From the NCBI GenBank assembly GCA_014360655.1, contig JACIXC010000001.1, positions 228,715-292,714 on the forward strand: 64,000 nt of DNA. The letters are read 5' to 3'. Under the pieces are notes generated by a model. The model worked only from the letters and a program-made list of their open reading frames with translations. It ran no database searches and was not told the DNA's origin. This DNA comes from Actinomycetota bacterium. Its GTDB lineage: Bacteria; Actinomycetota; Geothermincolia; Geothermincolales; RBG-13-55-18. Position numbers and translations under genes: made by a program. This document shows, piece by piece, positions 63,382 to 64,000 of the stretch. The first letter of the stretch is position 1, and every line of letters starts with the position of its first letter.

Positions 63382-63645
63382 CGGGAAGGGGTCTTGCGGC
63401 GTCGACGGGTCGGTCCCCACCTCGCATCCCGCCACCTGTCCCATAACGCTCTCCCTGCGGGGCGCGACGGCGGTGGCGAGCAACGTAGTGATGAAGCGGA
63501 ATTTCCCGCCCACCGGGAAGGGGTCTTGCGGCGTCGACGGGTCGGTCCCCACCTCGCATCCCGCCACCTGTCCCATAACGCTCTCCCTGCGGGGCGCGAC
63601 GGCGGTGGCGAGCAACGTAGTGATGAAGCGGAATTTCCCGCCCAC
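63382..63645. repeat. Perfect 132-bp tandem duplication
   Basis: 63382-63513 is identical to 63514-63645, in the intergenic region upstream of hup. Confidence 0.95.
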
Positions 63646-63647
63646 CG

Positions 63648-63673
63648 GTTTATTTTTCTGCTGTAAAGGGAAA
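63648..63673 (+). promoter_or_regulatory. Possible SigB/SigF-type promoter GTTT-N16-GGGAAA upstream of hup
   Basis: Matches the SigB consensus GTTT...GGG(A/T)A(A/T). A separate TAAAAT -10 element lies at 63701. Confidence 0.5.
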
Positions 63674-63730
63674 ATTTCTCCTGAAGAGAATAATTGTATG
63701 TAAAATGCCGTTGTCAGAAGGAGGTGAAAC

Positions 63731-64000
63731 ATGAACAAGGCGGAGCTCATCGATGCCGTGGCCAAGGACACCAAGATGAGCAAGAAGGACTCCGCGGTGG
63801 CCGTGGACAGCATGATCAAGATGATCACCGGCGCCCTGAAGAAGGGCGACAAGGTGACCTTGGTCGGCTTCGGCACCTGGGAAGTGAAGAAGCGCGCGGC
63901 GCGCAAGGGAGTCAATCCCAGGACGGGAGAGGCCATCAAGATCAAGGCCACCAAGGTGGTGTCCTTCAAGCCCGGCGCGGCTTTGAAGAAGGCGGTTTCC
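63731..64000 (+). CDS. hup: HU family DNA-binding protein (stop codon beyond the window)
   Basis: MNKAELIDAVA...VTLVGFGTWEVKKRAARKGVNPRTGEAIKIKATKVVSFKPGAALKKAVS. SD AAGGAGGTGA. Confidence 0.97.
   Translation, partial: MNKAELIDAVAKDTKMSKKDSAVAVDSMIKMITGALKKGDKVTLVGFGTWEVKKRAARKGVNPRTGEAIKIKATKVVSFKPGAALKKAVS

Noticed and set aside
63394..63703. Short ORFs with internal repeats upstream of hup
   Set aside because: By-products of the 132-bp duplication (a multiple of 3), with no SD or coding-like codon usage.

Overview
GC-rich bacterial chromosomal window with about 50 genes. No rRNA, tRNA, CRISPR array or intact mobile element was recognised. The marker mix suggests a deep-branching, probably anaerobic Actinomycetota such as Ca. 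Geothermincolia (inference only). Those markers are an actinobacterial UsfX/RsbW-SigF pair, small ribosomal protein bS22, a Veg homologue, archaeal-type ApgM and DUF763/DUF1786/DUF3786 genes. The most system-like block is a surface-glycosylation locus at about 26.2-43.2 kb. It holds five GT-C-type membrane proteins (PIG-V-like, two paralogues with C-terminal Ig-like domains, DUF2723/TMEM260-like, YfhO), a polyprenol-phosphate GT2 and a SAM methyltransferase, interleaved with a prepilin peptidase and a Cys3-His type IV pilin. Other notable items: a dtxR-feoB-amrS-ylbL run; two incomplete signalling proteins (REC-HisKA without an ATPase domain, and a histidine pseudokinase); an M61-like protein lacking HEXXH whose 3' end is triplicated with TAG/CAG variation; three small genes missing from the ORF track; a truncated gamma-carbonic-anhydrase remnant; and many short intergenic direct repeats. 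All family calls come from recognising motifs by eye; no database search was run.
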